A stretch of DNA of 64,000 nt from a virus, in the IMG/VR virus record IMGVR_UViG_3300042197_001007; one strand, written 5' to 3'. The notes under the pieces were generated by a model. That model was not told the origin of the DNA. It ran no database searches and saw nothing but the letters and a program-made list of their open reading frames with translations. The position numbers and the translations under genes are program-made. Positions 53,680-62,805 of the stretch are shown here, one piece after another. Positions within the stretch are counted from its first letter, which is position 1; every line of letters begins with the position of its first letter.

Positions 53680-54366
53680 ATGGCACAAGGATTTGGAGAA
53701 ATTCAAAGAAATAAAGTCAACAAAGAACCAGGATACAAAACATTATTTGAAAGAGTAACAACAGCAACTGGCGGAGAAAAGAAAAGTTACAGTTGGTATC
53801 TTGCTGCGGTAAAATCAGAGGCAGGAAAATACAAGAAAAATTTTAACAAATATACTTTAGACGAGAAAGGAGATAAGACAGGACTTGTAGAGGAACAAGA
53901 TCAAAATCAACTTAGAAAATATGTTGTTGAAGGTCACCTTTACATGTTTGAATACAAGGCAAAGATGAAATGGTTGCCTTACTATGATAGATTTCCTCTT
54001 GTTTATATAATTAAGTCACAAAAAGAAGAGTTCTGGGGTGCTAATTTACATTACCTTCCAATCAAAAAGCGAATAATCTGTGTCAAGAAATTGATGGAAG
54101 GAAAGATTGATATACCTAAGGTGTGTTTCCATAAATATATACACGCTCACGTTGATGGTTTGTATATTGATCTCGCTACAATTGAATGGGACACTGCCAT
54201 TCTATTGCCTACTGAAGATTTTGTGAAGGATGTTAGAGGAGTGAAGTTTCCAATCAATAAAGAAGAGGTTTGGAAGGAAACGAGCGAAAAATACTATGAC
54301 AAAATCACTGGTCACAGAATTGTAAAAGGATACGGAACAAAACAAAGTAGGGAGATGTCACAGTAA
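53680..54366 (+). CDS. gp2: DNA end protector gp2
   Basis: G.LYMFEY.AK...LPYYDRFPL...GANLHYLP. Confidence 0.85.
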   Translation: MAQGFGEIQRNKVNKEPGYKTLFERVTTATGGEKKSYSWYLAAVKSEAGKYKKNFNKYTLDEKGDKTGLVEEQDQNQLRKYVVEGHLYMFEYKAKMKWLPYYDRFPLVYIIKSQKEEFWGANLHYLPIKKRIICVKKLMEGKIDIPKVCFHKYIHAHVDGLYIDLATIEWDTAILLPTEDFVKDVRGVKFPINKEEVWKETSEKYYDKITGHRIVKGYGTKQSREMSQ

Positions 54367-55505
54367 TGGGATATGGATATGAGCCGGGGCAAGAAGGATT
54401 ACCTCCTATAGGCGGAACGATCTCACCCCAAACACAATTCACAGACACTTCTGGTAGACCGGTTGTTGCTCCTTCTCAGGCATCTGCGGATAAAGCAAAA
54501 GAGGAGCAGGATAAAGCAAAGAAAGATCAAGAAAAATTAACCATTCTTGGACCAAAAAGTCCAACCTTGGATAAAAAATATGGCGTATTAAAATATCCTG
54601 GTGATATGATTGATGCTGATACTGATTATGTTATGTTTCAATTCAGTGAGTATAGTCCACCATTTAAAGCAGACAGTAATGATGTAAGTAGAAATGTAAA
54701 TCCCACAGCAAGTTATAATTCTTCTGGACAAGAGTATAAACCAACTGGATTGCCAACTATTATTCTCTACATGCCAGAGGATATTAGCACTGGATTTAAA
54801 GCAAACTGGGGTGGTAAAAACTTCAGTAATATTGGTGCTAATATAATGAAAACTGCTGGAGGTCAAGATTTAAGCTCTAAACTAACACAAATCACAACAG
54901 GACTAGATGAAGCTCTCACTAATGCTATACCAATGGCAGGAGCACAAATTGTTAATGCTGCGATTGGAAAAATTACAGGAGAAAGTGTTTCACTTGATGA
55001 ATTTTTTGGTGGCACACGAGGAGTAATCCTTAACCCAAATTCCGAACTACTTTTCTCTGGTTTGGATATGCGTAATTTTTCTTTAAATTATAAACTTGTT
55101 GCTAGAAGTGCTGAAGAAGCAACAATCATAGAAAATATCATCAAAACATTTAAAATGGGAATGCTTCCATATGGAAATTCTGATTATAGAGATGTTGGTG
55201 GAGCATTTTTTGCTAACGCATTAACAGGAGATGTTGGGGCATTATTTGGTGGAGAGAATAATTCATTAGCAGCCAATTATATCAAAGTTCCAGATGTTTG
55301 TAGAGTATCATTTATGCGAGGTGGAACATTAAATAAAAACGTGCCACAATATAAAATGTGTGCTCTCACTCAAGTTGATGTTAGTTATACTCCAGATGGA
55401 ACATATGCTACAACAAGAGATGGACGCATGGTTGCTTATCAAATGAGTTTAAACTTCCAAGAAACAAAACTCATCTTCAGAGAAGACGTAAAGGCAGGTT
55501 ACTAA
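54366..55505 (+). CDS. gp48: baseplate tail tube cap gp48
   Basis: ILYMPEDI...NP..ELLF.G...R.FS...KL.ARS.EEA...II..FK; L.FQE. Confidence 0.85.
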   Translation: MGYGYEPGQEGLPPIGGTISPQTQFTDTSGRPVVAPSQASADKAKEEQDKAKKDQEKLTILGPKSPTLDKKYGVLKYPGDMIDADTDYVMFQFSEYSPPFKADSNDVSRNVNPTASYNSSGQEYKPTGLPTIILYMPEDISTGFKANWGGKNFSNIGANIMKTAGGQDLSSKLTQITTGLDEALTNAIPMAGAQIVNAAIGKITGESVSLDEFFGGTRGVILNPNSELLFSGLDMRNFSLNYKLVARSAEEATIIENIIKTFKMGMLPYGNSDYRDVGGAFFANALTGDVGALFGGENNSLAANYIKVPDVCRVSFMRGGTLNKNVPQYKMCALTQVDVSYTPDGTYATTRDGRMVAYQMSLNFQETKLIFREDVKAGY

Positions 55506-55506
55506 A

Positions 55507-56136
55507 ATGTTCTTTTCAATCGTTCCTAACATCTCATACGACGAGAAACCAATCAGTTATCCTTTTTCAGAAGCAGACTTTATTACTGCCAAGAATTTTT
55601 TTCGCAGATACAAAGTCAATGATGAAATATTCTCATACGTTGTATTCTTCACAAAATATACAATCGTAGATGGTGACAGACCAGACACACTTGCCGACAA
55701 ACTTTATGGTGATCCATTCTATGATTGGGTCATCCTTCTGACAAACAACCTTGTCAATTCACAGTATGATTGGCCAATGACAAATTATACCTTGAGTAAA
55801 GTTATTGAGAAAGAATTTGATGATCCATATGGAACCATTCATCACTATGAAACCTATAAGTATGGTCCATATCCAGAAGGATTACATGTAGATGCTACTT
55901 TCTACAACGCAACACACAAATTAAATATAGATGGTCAAATTGTAACTAAATCTGGTAATGAATTATCCAGACCAGTTACAATCATTGAGCACTATACAGC
56001 AGAAAATGAAAAGAAACGTGAAATCTATTTGCTAAAACCAGTATACCTACAAGCATTTGTAGATGATTTTAGAAAGCAAAACCTCTATAAGAAGTCTGGT
56101 AACTACGTCACTCAGCAGCTCAAAAAGACTGGTTGA
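55507..56136 (+). CDS. gp53: baseplate wedge subunit gp53
   Basis: Y.I.DGDRPD.LA.KLYGD..YDWVILL.N...WP...HHYE...NE.KR.I.LLKP. Confidence 0.9.
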   Translation: MFFSIVPNISYDEKPISYPFSEADFITAKNFFRRYKVNDEIFSYVVFFTKYTIVDGDRPDTLADKLYGDPFYDWVILLTNNLVNSQYDWPMTNYTLSKVIEKEFDDPYGTIHHYETYKYGPYPEGLHVDATFYNATHKLNIDGQIVTKSGNELSRPVTIIEHYTAENEKKREIYLLKPVYLQAFVDDFRKQNLYKKSGNYVTQQLKKTG

Positions 56137-56147
56137 ACTTTTTAGAT

Positions 56148-56181
56148 AAAAAAATTGGCGGAAAATTTTTTTCCCGCCAAT
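56148..56181 (-). terminator. intrinsic terminator for gp32 between convergent genes
   Basis: ATTGGCGG...CCGCCAAT stem followed by a T-run on the minus strand. Confidence 0.7.
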
Positions 56182-56205
56182 GAAAATCATTTATTGATTT
56201 TGGTT

Positions 56206-57117
56206 TCAGTCATCTTCAGCTAGACGAGCGAAGTAACTGAGAGCATCGTCATCATCAACGACTGCTTCTTCCTTCACTGGAGCAGGAACTGCTGTAACAC
56301 GAGAACGGAATGAAGGCAGGGCAGGTTCTTCTGCCACAGGTTCAAACTCTTCCTCATCTTCATCATAGGATTGACGAGCAGGACGGGAAGTAACACCAAG
56401 CACAAGGTTCAGACGTGCCTCAAGTTCTTCGTAGGTCTTGAAACTATCAGGAGCAGTAAAAGCTGCGAGAGAGTATTCACTCTTCCAGACTTTTTCAAGT
56501 TCAGTGTCATCTGCCGACAGAGCAGACACACTATCAAACTCAGAACTATCGTAGTTCCAATAACCAGCAACTTTCTTGATCTTCAGTTTGAAGTTAGCAC
56601 CTTCCCAAAGATCAAACACATTCACGGGTTCTTCATCTTGGAACTCAGGTTGCATCGCAGCAAGGATCTTATCATGGATCTTCTTGCCGTACTTATACAG
56701 GAACACACGACCCTCGTTCTCAGGGTTCTTAGGATCTTTCACGACGTAGATGTTGCTGTAGTAAGAGAGCTTGCGCTTCTGCTTACGAGCAGTCTCTTTA
56801 TCTTCATCACTACCGCTGTTCCACAGGCGGCGGTTGATCTCACCAACAGGATCTTTCTCGTTGAGAGTAGTCAGACTATTCTCAATATACCATCCACCAG
56901 GACCTTGGAAGGCATGAGAATAGACTTTCGCCCAGGGCACCGTCTCCCCTTCAGGAGCAGGCAGAAACCGGATCACGGCATAACCGTTACCAGCAGCATC
57001 AACCTCGGGCTTCCAGAACCGCTCATCGACATTCTTGCCGCTGGCAGACTTCTCAAGTTCCTTCTGAAGAAACTCAAAGTTGTTCTGGGATTTGCGCTTT
57101 AGATCAGCAAAGGACAT
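56206..57117 (-). CDS. gp32: single-stranded DNA-binding protein gp32
   Basis: G.GYAVIRFLPA...HAFQGPGGWYIENS...GKKI.DK...G.NF.LK; acidic tail. Confidence 0.95.
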   Translation of the reverse strand: MSFADLKRKSQNNFEFLQKELEKSASGKNVDERFWKPEVDAAGNGYAVIRFLPAPEGETVPWAKVYSHAFQGPGGWYIENSLTTLNEKDPVGEINRRLWNSGSDEDKETARKQKRKLSYYSNIYVVKDPKNPENEGRVFLYKYGKKIHDKILAAMQPEFQDEEPVNVFDLWEGANFKLKIKKVAGYWNYDSSEFDSVSALSADDTELEKVWKSEYSLAAFTAPDSFKTYEELEARLNLVLGVTSRPARQSYDEDEEEFEPVAEEPALPSFRSRVTAVPAPVKEEAVVDDDDALSYFARLAEDD

Positions 57118-57173
57118 AGGATTACCTCGGATTTGTTTTGGATTTGGTCTGTGTGACGCCCAATCACTTACTC

Positions 57174-57232
57174 ATAATATCATGGCGCAGAGGCGGGTGT
57201 CAATCCTCTGTGCCACTTTCCAGTTTGGATTT
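57174..57232 (-). promoter_or_regulatory. early/middle promoter for gp32 with half-conserved palindrome
   Basis: TTGACA, 18 bp, TATTAT (57174-57179); TGTGCCACTT half-site at 57209-57218; 29-bp gap. Confidence 0.75.
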
Positions 57233-57541
57233 CATGACCTTTACTTTCTCAAGTAACTCGTCAAACATGTGTTCAATTGGAGTATTAGGAGTTGCTCCCA
57301 ACATAATTACTCCTTGTTTCATTGTTTCGGCAACCGATTTAGCTTCGGGATCATCGCTCAGTTTAATACGAGCATAGAATATTTTTTGTTTTTCAATTAG
57401 TGTTTCAAGTGCTTCAAAATATTCAAGTTTTCTATCGGCATCTAACAGAACAAAGTTCATCGCAGATCTAAAACAGAACTGTTGTAGTTCCACCATTTTT
57501 TGAATATCACCACGCACTAATTCAGATTGAAAGAAGCTCAT
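57200..57541 (-). CDS. conserved cyanophage protein (DUF1825-like)
   Basis: FF.SE.V...QKIFY.R..LSDDPEA motif. Confidence 0.65.
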   Translation of the reverse strand: MSFFQSELVRGDIQKMVELQQFCFRSAMNFVLLDADRKLEYFEALETLIEKQKIFYARIKLSDDPEAKSVAETMKQGVIMLGATPNTPIEHMFDELLEKVKVMKSKLESGTED

Positions 57542-57792
57542 ACTAACATTAACTTGGCACGACTTGTTTTTTTAATAAAATTGAGTTGCTGTGCCTCGTG
57601 GCGAAGTTTTTCCTTCAAAGGTTTGCTAATCAATTTATTAACACTATCTAGTTCAATTTCATTAGTTTCACAGTAATGGATAACCGAATCAATGTAATTC
57701 ATATCTGGATTGCTCAAAGCAATCTTTTCCACTTCCTGCGAAAATTTCGCAGATGTCATAAACTTATCCTCTAATAATTGTTTTTTGTCCAT
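57538..57792 (-). CDS. gp33: late transcription coactivator gp33
   Basis: FS.EVE......YID.V..YCE.N.IE...V.KLI...LKEKL..EA..LNF. Confidence 0.85.
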   Translation of the reverse strand: MDKKQLLEDKFMTSAKFSQEVEKIALSNPDMNYIDSVIHYCETNEIELDSVNKLISKPLKEKLRHEAQQLNFIKKTSRAKLMLV

Positions 57793-58459
57793 ATCGTTCT
57801 TGGTATTCGTCGATGTAACTCATGAGTTTAACGAAAAATTCTTTTTTAGGTGGAAGCACCTTGACTTGAGTTTCTCCATTTTCACAAGCAACGATAGTTA
57901 CAAGTTGTTTTACTCGTAACCCATATAGTTCTTGAAGCATACAAGCATATGCTGTCTCTTGAACAAAATAGTCGTAAAGATACTGTTCTTTTTTTGGTTC
58001 TGCTGCGGTCTTAAAGTCAATGATGGATAATTCGCCATCAAATTCAGCAATACAATCAACCCTTCCCGCCAACTCCAAATGTTTTGAATAAAGAGCTGCT
58101 TCTTGGAGGTATATGTTATTTATACGATCCAAAACTTCCCGACTGTGTTGAAACATTAACACAGGCAGTGGGAATTTCTGATACTTCTTGAGATCAAGGG
58201 CATTGTTGAGGTAATCTTCTACGATAGAATGATACTTTGTTCCACGATTTGTGGAACGAGAAGAAATGTTGTTTGCTTTTTCTTCTCCAACACGCTCACG
58301 CCAGCGAGCAATGCCTGCCATCTTTTCACGATTGCTACTAATCACAGTGGTGACTGACGCAAACTGACCTTCTGGTGTTGGATAAAGGCGTTTGCCATCT
58401 ACCATTACGGCATCCAATACAATTGGCGTCAGACCACCAACATGATTAAACAATTTCAT
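57764..58459 (-). CDS. PD-(D/E)xK exonuclease
   Basis: SVTT...RGT.YH...E..LYS..L.LAGRVDCI...IIDFKT...Q..AYA. Confidence 0.85.
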   Translation of the reverse strand: MKLFNHVGGLTPIVLDAVMVDGKRLYPTPEGQFASVTTVISSNREKMAGIARWRERVGEEKANNISSRSTNRGTKYHSIVEDYLNNALDLKKYQKFPLPVLMFQHSREVLDRINNIYLQEAALYSKHLELAGRVDCIAEFDGELSIIDFKTAAEPKKEQYLYDYFVQETAYACMLQELYGLRVKQLVTIVACENGETQVKVLPPKKEFFVKLMSYIDEYQERYGQKTIIRG

Positions 58460-59208
58460 AGACCAAGATTGATTTTATTAATAAGATAAGACTTGACAAG
58501 ACCAGAACGAACAATGTCATCAATACCAAATTCAACAAGAGAGAACTCGGGCATATTCTGTAGAATTCTCTGGAAATCTAAGATACCAGAGCGTTCATTT
58601 ACTCGGATCAAATCTGTTTGAGAAGCATCTCCACAGAAAATAATCCTTGTATCTTGACCAACACGAGTAATTATACTATCTAATTCGTGAAAATTCAAGT
58701 TTTGACATTCATCAATAATTACGATTGAGTTATCAAGTGTAGTACCACGAATAAAGCTGGTGCTCCAGAAAGAAATTGTTTCCTGTTGCTTTAGACTGGT
58801 GTAAAGCATTTCATAGGAATTATCGTCCGGCATTTCAAACATGGATTGAACCATGTTTTTGTATGGGATCTGATAGAGAGAAGATTTATCTTCATGGTCT
58901 CCAGGAAGAAATCCAATCTCTCGTGTTGCCACAAGAGAACGGACAATATAAATCTTTTCGTATGGTGTGTATTCATTCAGAACATCTTTCAGTGCTTTGT
59001 AAAGAGCAATGAATGTTTTTCCTGTTCCTGCTACACCGTAAGCATAAAGCATCTTACCTTTATCCCACTCATCAAAAAATACTTTTTGATTGTGAGTGAG
59101 TGGTTCTACCTGAACCATGTAGTCTTCGCTGATTGGTTTACGGCGCTTTTTTTGTTTAGCACTCATACCCTGACCAGGAGTTTTTACAGTTTTCTTTCTT
59201 ACTGGCAT
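58456..59208 (-). CDS. phoH: PhoH family protein
   Basis: G.AGTGKTF, GFLPG, RGTTL, IDECQN, GD..QTD and DIVRSG motifs. Confidence 0.95.
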   Translation of the reverse strand: MPVRKKTVKTPGQGMSAKQKKRRKPISEDYMVQVEPLTHNQKVFFDEWDKGKMLYAYGVAGTGKTFIALYKALKDVLNEYTPYEKIYIVRSLVATREIGFLPGDHEDKSSLYQIPYKNMVQSMFEMPDDNSYEMLYTSLKQQETISFWSTSFIRGTTLDNSIVIIDECQNLNFHELDSIITRVGQDTRIIFCGDASQTDLIRVNERSGILDFQRILQNMPEFSLVEFGIDDIVRSGLVKSYLINKINLGL

Positions 59209-59209
59209 A

Positions 59210-59476
59210 TCAGTACTTATCAGTGATGGTTTTGTTGTTGTAACGAGCTGCTTGTGGTTTGATTTTATTTTTCATAATATCTGTCCAACCAGGATGGGTT
59301 TTTGCCATCTTGTCACGCCACTCACCAACCTCTCCAGAACTGGGGCAGGTTGATGGATCACTCCAATCTCTTTCCCATTCTGGATTATCGGTTTTCCATT
59401 GTTCCCAGTCATGAACACTAAGAACAACTTCTTTTTGCTCTCCGGTAACTGTATTGTAAACTGGATATGTTGCCAT
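59210..59476 (-). CDS. conserved cyanophage hypothetical protein (start MATYPV)
   Basis: P.Y....TGE.KE...S..W motif; coupled to the thyX stop. Confidence 0.65.
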   Translation of the reverse strand: MATYPVYNTVTGEQKEVVLSVHDWEQWKTDNPEWERDWSDPSTCPSSGEVGEWRDKMAKTHPGWTDIMKNKIKPQAARYNNKTITDKY

Positions 59477-60123
59477 TATGCCCACTCCAATGCTTCAGCA
59501 CAAATAGGAAATTGACCAGCAAATATACATTGACATTCTTTAGCAATTTCCATATGTTCCTTTTGAGTTCCATTCGCAGTTCTCAATTGTATATAGTGGA
59601 TCCACGAACGCACAGATCCTGTCATGTAGATGCGAGTAGGTGTTGCTAAAGGAAGAACAAAGCGAGCACATTCTTTCGCAATACCACCGTCAAGAAGTTC
59701 ATTGTAAAGAACCATTGCCTGATTAAAGTGCTCGGCAATTTTGACTTGAAGTTGTTGCTTCGTTTCTTCAGGAATATCATCAATTGAGTTCTGTCTGTTC
59801 TTGGTATCCTGACTACGCAGATCAGGAACTGGAATACCACTCTCCAACCAATTCACATCAGCATAACGCTGCGAAAATTCTTGAAATGTAAACGAACGAT
59901 GCCTCAGAATTTGAGCTGCGATACCTCTTGTGGTTTCAATCTCAAGTGTCATATGTGCTTGCTCAAATACAGACCAATGATTATGTTTGATACAGTATTT
60001 GAGCAGACCAGCAACGTTAGGGTTCTCCTGGTTCTGTGGATTGCTCACTCTCGCTACATACCCCATCGTCTGTTCTGCTTGAGGTGTCACTGATACGAGT
60101 TTTACTGGTCCATTTTGTCGCAT
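59476..60123 (-). CDS. thyX: flavin-dependent thymidylate synthase
   Basis: HWSVFE, RHRSF.FQEFSQRY signature, E.ARFVLP. Confidence 0.95.
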   Translation of the reverse strand: MRQNGPVKLVSVTPQAEQTMGYVARVSNPQNQENPNVAGLLKYCIKHNHWSVFEQAHMTLEIETTRGIAAQILRHRSFTFQEFSQRYADVNWLESGIPVPDLRSQDTKNRQNSIDDIPEETKQQLQVKIAEHFNQAMVLYNELLDGGIAKECARFVLPLATPTRIYMTGSVRSWIHYIQLRTANGTQKEHMEIAKECQCIFAGQFPICAEALEWA

Positions 60124-60292
60124 TTGGTTTAAATCCTTTACTCATGAGGTCTCGTGTTTCTTGAAGATCAATCTTTGCTTGTCTCAAAGATTTCTTCATG
60201 TAAATAATCTCTTCATTGCTATAAAGCATTGGGTTTTGCTCAGCGAGCTTTAATGCTTTCTTTGCTGCTCGGATGACATCCCTAATCACCAT
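60017..60292 (-). CDS. hypothetical protein (start MVIRDV; overlaps the thyX start)
   Basis: ORF track. Confidence 0.55.
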   Translation of the reverse strand: MVIRDVIRAAKKALKLAEQNPMLYSNEEIIYMKKSLRQAKIDLQETRDLMSKGFKPNATKWTSKTRISDTSSRTDDGVCSESEQSTEPGEP

Positions 60293-60497
60293 TCTTATTC
60301 TCCATGTATAGTTTGTACTCTGTGAGTATCTGTCTGTCAACGACATCTAACGATCCTAAGTCAAACTGGTAGTTTTTGTCAATCATATAGTCACAAAAAT
60401 TTCTAATATCTTTTGTGATTGATATTCTCATTCTTGTAAATCCACTTAATATAAAAGATCTCTTTTGAAAATTTGGATCTTTAGTCTGGATATCCAT
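60282..60497 (-). CDS. hypothetical protein
   Basis: ORF track. Confidence 0.55.
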   Translation of the reverse strand: MDIQTKDPNFQKRSFILSGFTRMRISITKDIRNFCDYMIDKNYQFDLGSLDVVDRQILTEYKLYMENKNGD

Positions 60498-60639
60498 CGT
60501 CATCATCCGATATGGAATAAGGTTTGTCTGGACTTATTTTGGATGTGTAAGATTGTGGGTCGGAATAGATTTCTGCTTCTAAAGATTGAACAAGAAGTTT
60601 TAGATTTTTTACAATTAATTTAAGGCGGTCTTTGTCCAT
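60481..60639 (-). CDS. conserved cyanophage protein (52 aa, not in ORF track)
   Basis: MDKDRLKLIVKNLKLLVQSLEAEIYSD...DDDDGYPD*. Confidence 0.65.
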   Translation of the reverse strand: MDKDRLKLIVKNLKLLVQSLEAEIYSDPQSYTSKISPDKPYSISDDDDGYPD

Positions 60640-60674
60640 GATGGCACATTATTATTTAACAGATATTATAGGAT

Positions 60675-60723
60675 AAAAAAAGGGAGGTGTAACCCTCCCT
60701 TTCGACTTCCTTCACACGGAAGT
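60675..60723 (-). terminator. intrinsic terminator preceded by a second hairpin
   Basis: ACTTCC-GTGTGAA-GGAAGT, then AGGGAGG-GTTACA-CCTCCCT-TTTTTT. Confidence 0.8.
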
Positions 60724-60731
60724 ATATTCTA

Positions 60732-60818
60732 TCACATTTTCATTGCCATGGCAAGCTGTGCCTGCTTTAGCTTATTCTGTTTTTGAATTTGTCTACGAAT
60801 AATCACTAACCAGTTCAT
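60732..60818 (-). CDS. 28-aa peptide coupled to the DUF4278 gene
   Basis: TAATG overlap; MNWLVIIRRQIQKQNKLKQAQLAMAMKM*. Confidence 0.55.
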   Translation of the reverse strand: MNWLVIIRRQIQKQNKLKQAQLAMAMKM

Positions 60819-60976
60819 TATACTACCTCCTTGTTATTGTTACAAGGACGATAGGCAACACCACGATATGTATTAGTTGGATGTGCTGGTGCGTGGGTCT
60901 GTGAATACCAACGCTGATATTCTTGCTTAGCGGTGTCAGTATTATACTGGCAACCGCGATAGGTTGCTTGTGACAT
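60818..60976 (-). CDS. DUF4278-like small protein (YRG repeats; 52 aa, not in ORF track)
   Basis: MSQATYRGCQY...TYRGVAYRP; AAGGAG RBS. Confidence 0.8.
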   Translation of the reverse strand: MSQATYRGCQYNTDTAKQEYQRWYSQTHAPAHPTNTYRGVAYRPCNNNKEVV

Positions 60977-61007
60977 TAGGTTTTCTCCTTAATTTTGAGG
61001 CTAAAGA

Positions 61008-61099
61008 GCGTTCCTTCAGTCGTTTGCGTTCGCTATTCGGAAATAGCGAATGAACGATCCGTTCCGCGACTTACTTCCGTCGCATAATGCGATGAACGT
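61008..61099 (-). ncRNA. glutamine riboswitch (glnA-like), tandem or nested aptamers
   Basis: CGTTCA...GACGGAAGTA...GAAGGAACG conserved blocks; lies in the 5' leader of the DUF4278 gene. Confidence 0.75.
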
Positions 61100-61106
61100 A
61101 TATCTA

Positions 61107-61115
61107 ATTATACCA
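61107..61115 (-). promoter_or_regulatory. extended -10 promoter for the riboswitch transcript
   Basis: TGGTATAAT ending about 8 nt before the first aptamer helix. Confidence 0.65.
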
Positions 61116-61141
61116 CAAATTTTGTAAAATGAGATACCGTT

Positions 61142-61408
61142 TTAATTACCAGAGAGATAAAAAGAAGAACCTCTTGCCAAACATACACGCTTTACTTCAG
61201 CATCATATTTTGGTTCTGGTTCTACAGTAATTAAATTTTTGGCAAACTCCCACGCATCATGATATCTCACAAACTTAAAGACATCATCATATGTCTTTGC
61301 CGATACAAGAACTCCATCACTGCGTTGTAACTTCATTACATACCAGTTAGTTGGATCTTGTCTTTTACAATAACGAATACACCAATTGCCGCGTGGATCT
61401 GAGTTCAT
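61142..61408 (-). CDS. hypothetical protein (start MNSDPRG)
   Basis: ATGA coupling. Confidence 0.6.
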   Translation of the reverse strand: MNSDPRGNWCIRYCKRQDPTNWYVMKLQRSDGVLVSAKTYDDVFKFVRYHDAWEFAKNLITVEPEPKYDAEVKRVCLARGSSFYLSGN

Positions 61409-61656
61409 TTTCTTTTCTTTTGTTGTGGTCCCCACATTTTGGGATTTACTCTTCCTTCTGTTTGTTTGAAGGAAATTAAACCTTCTCTATACTTATCCCA
61501 ATAATAATCAAAAATATCTACTTTTTTATTTGCGATGACGATATCATAATTGTATTGTTCATCATCATAATATTTTACTATGTACGCAGTGTATGGCAGT
61601 GTTTTATCATCCGCCAAGTTTGGATCACAGTTTTGATGAATAATTCTGACACTCAA
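61405..61656 (-). CDS. conserved cyanophage hypothetical protein
   Basis: ORF track. Confidence 0.7.
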   Translation of the reverse strand: MSVRIIHQNCDPNLADDKTLPYTAYIVKYYDDEQYNYDIVIANKKVDIFDYYWDKYREGLISFKQTEGRVNPKMWGPQQKKRK

Positions 61657-62084
61657 CTTCTATTACCCCATTGAATTTGTGGAAAAGCTTCTTCAACACA
61701 TTGCTTGGTAATCTTCCAACGCTTACCAAGTTTCTTGTCCTTCATAAGACAAAGAACTTCTGCTTCTCCTTTATGTAAACCCTCAAGAAGTTGAACGAAC
61801 AACATCTCGCGGCGGTTCTGAGAGACGTTTGCGCCGCCCTTGAAGAAGAGATAGAGCTTTCTATACTCATGTACCAGTTTGGTGTGTTCCGTGCCCTCTG
61901 GTGCCTCATTAGGGGTGTATGGCACGTCTCCTTCTGGTAGCATCGAGATGATGCTTTCGTCAAAATTGGCAATCAAAACAGATCTAAGTGCGGGAGTGTT
62001 GTACTCCCGCAAAAGAGAGATCTTTTCTGCTTTTGTTTTTGCGTTGCTTACTTTTTGTAGCACTTCATTGATTAATAACTGCAT
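61653..62084 (-). CDS. conserved T4-like phage protein (DUF6433-like)
   Basis: L.I.EVL.KVS.AKTK.EK...LPEG.VPY...R.E.LF.QLLEGLH..EA. Confidence 0.7.
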   Translation of the reverse strand: MQLLINEVLQKVSNAKTKAEKISLLREYNTPALRSVLIANFDESIISMLPEGDVPYTPNEAPEGTEHTKLVHEYRKLYLFFKGGANVSQNRREMLFVQLLEGLHKGEAEVLCLMKDKKLGKRWKITKQCVEEAFPQIQWGNRS

Positions 62085-62111
62085 GACCTAATGTTGGTGA
62101 CATATGTGTAT

Positions 62112-62351
62112 TTAGTCTTCGTATTCTTCTTCCTCCTCATCCTCTTCGACAAATCGGACAGATAGCAATTCTTCATTAATCCACTGACCTTCTTCATCAT
62201 ACATTTCTGGATGTAGTCTTCCTTCTTCCTCCTGATTGGCATAAAGAAATTCGTGCATCTTCTCGTTTGCCGTCCATCCAGCTATCACACCAATACAAAG
62301 GAAAATGAACGAGACTGTTGCCGAGAAGTAAACGATTACTGATTGTGCCAT
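62112..62351 (-). CDS. small membrane protein
   Basis: N-terminal TM helix, HPEMYD motif, acidic tail. Confidence 0.65.
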   Translation of the reverse strand: MAQSVIVYFSATVSFIFLCIGVIAGWTANEKMHEFLYANQEEEGRLHPEMYDEEGQWINEELLSVRFVEEDEEEEEYED

Positions 62352-62365
62352 TGTTCAACTCCGAA

Positions 62366-62497
62366 CTATTTTTCTTCTTTCTCCCACCTAAGTTCAAAAT
62401 TGAAATAAACTTGTTTGCTTAGGAAAGAAAACACTTTGTTGATTACTATTCCTCCCAAAGGAGGATCTTCTTTTTTTGGTCTCTCCCCCCTAAGCAT
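62366..62497 (-). CDS. small hypothetical protein (43 aa, not in ORF track)
   Basis: MLRGERPKKED...FELRWEKEEK*; follows a late-promoter-like AATAAATA at 62512-62519. Confidence 0.5.
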   Translation of the reverse strand: MLRGERPKKEDPPLGGIVINKVFSFLSKQVYFNFELRWEKEEK

Positions 62498-62529
62498 GAG
62501 TTCGACACCTCTATTTATTTTCAATTCCT

Positions 62530-62787
62530 TCATTTTTGGGGAGCAGACACCAAACCCCTTTGAAGAAATAGTTTAGCAACAGGAACAAGACCTCCAACAA
62601 ATTCTCCATCAATGACAGCAGCAGGAAAACTTTCCACATTTGGATATTGTTCTCTGAATGCTGCTCGTTCTTCTTCTGTCATGTCCCCATATGAAATTTC
62701 TTCATATTCAACATTAGCTCTAGCAAACAACTCCTTGATTTTTAAGCACCAAGTACATCCAGGAGAAGTATAAACTGTGATTTCCAT
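62530..62787 (-). CDS. glutaredoxin (NrdC/NrdH-like; start MEITVY)
   Basis: CTWC active site; SFPAAVIDGEFVGG. Confidence 0.85.
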   Translation of the reverse strand: MEITVYTSPGCTWCLKIKELFARANVEYEEISYGDMTEEERAAFREQYPNVESFPAAVIDGEFVGGLVPVAKLFLQRGLVSAPQK

Positions 62788-62805
62788 AACTTTTATTGTA
62801 TGTAT

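Noticed and set aside
56371-57102. 243-aa plus-strand ORF (and similar ORFs at 12352-12978, 18223-18732, 11378-11914, 6129-6650, 50105-50605)
   Set aside because: Antisense shadows of well-supported minus-strand genes.
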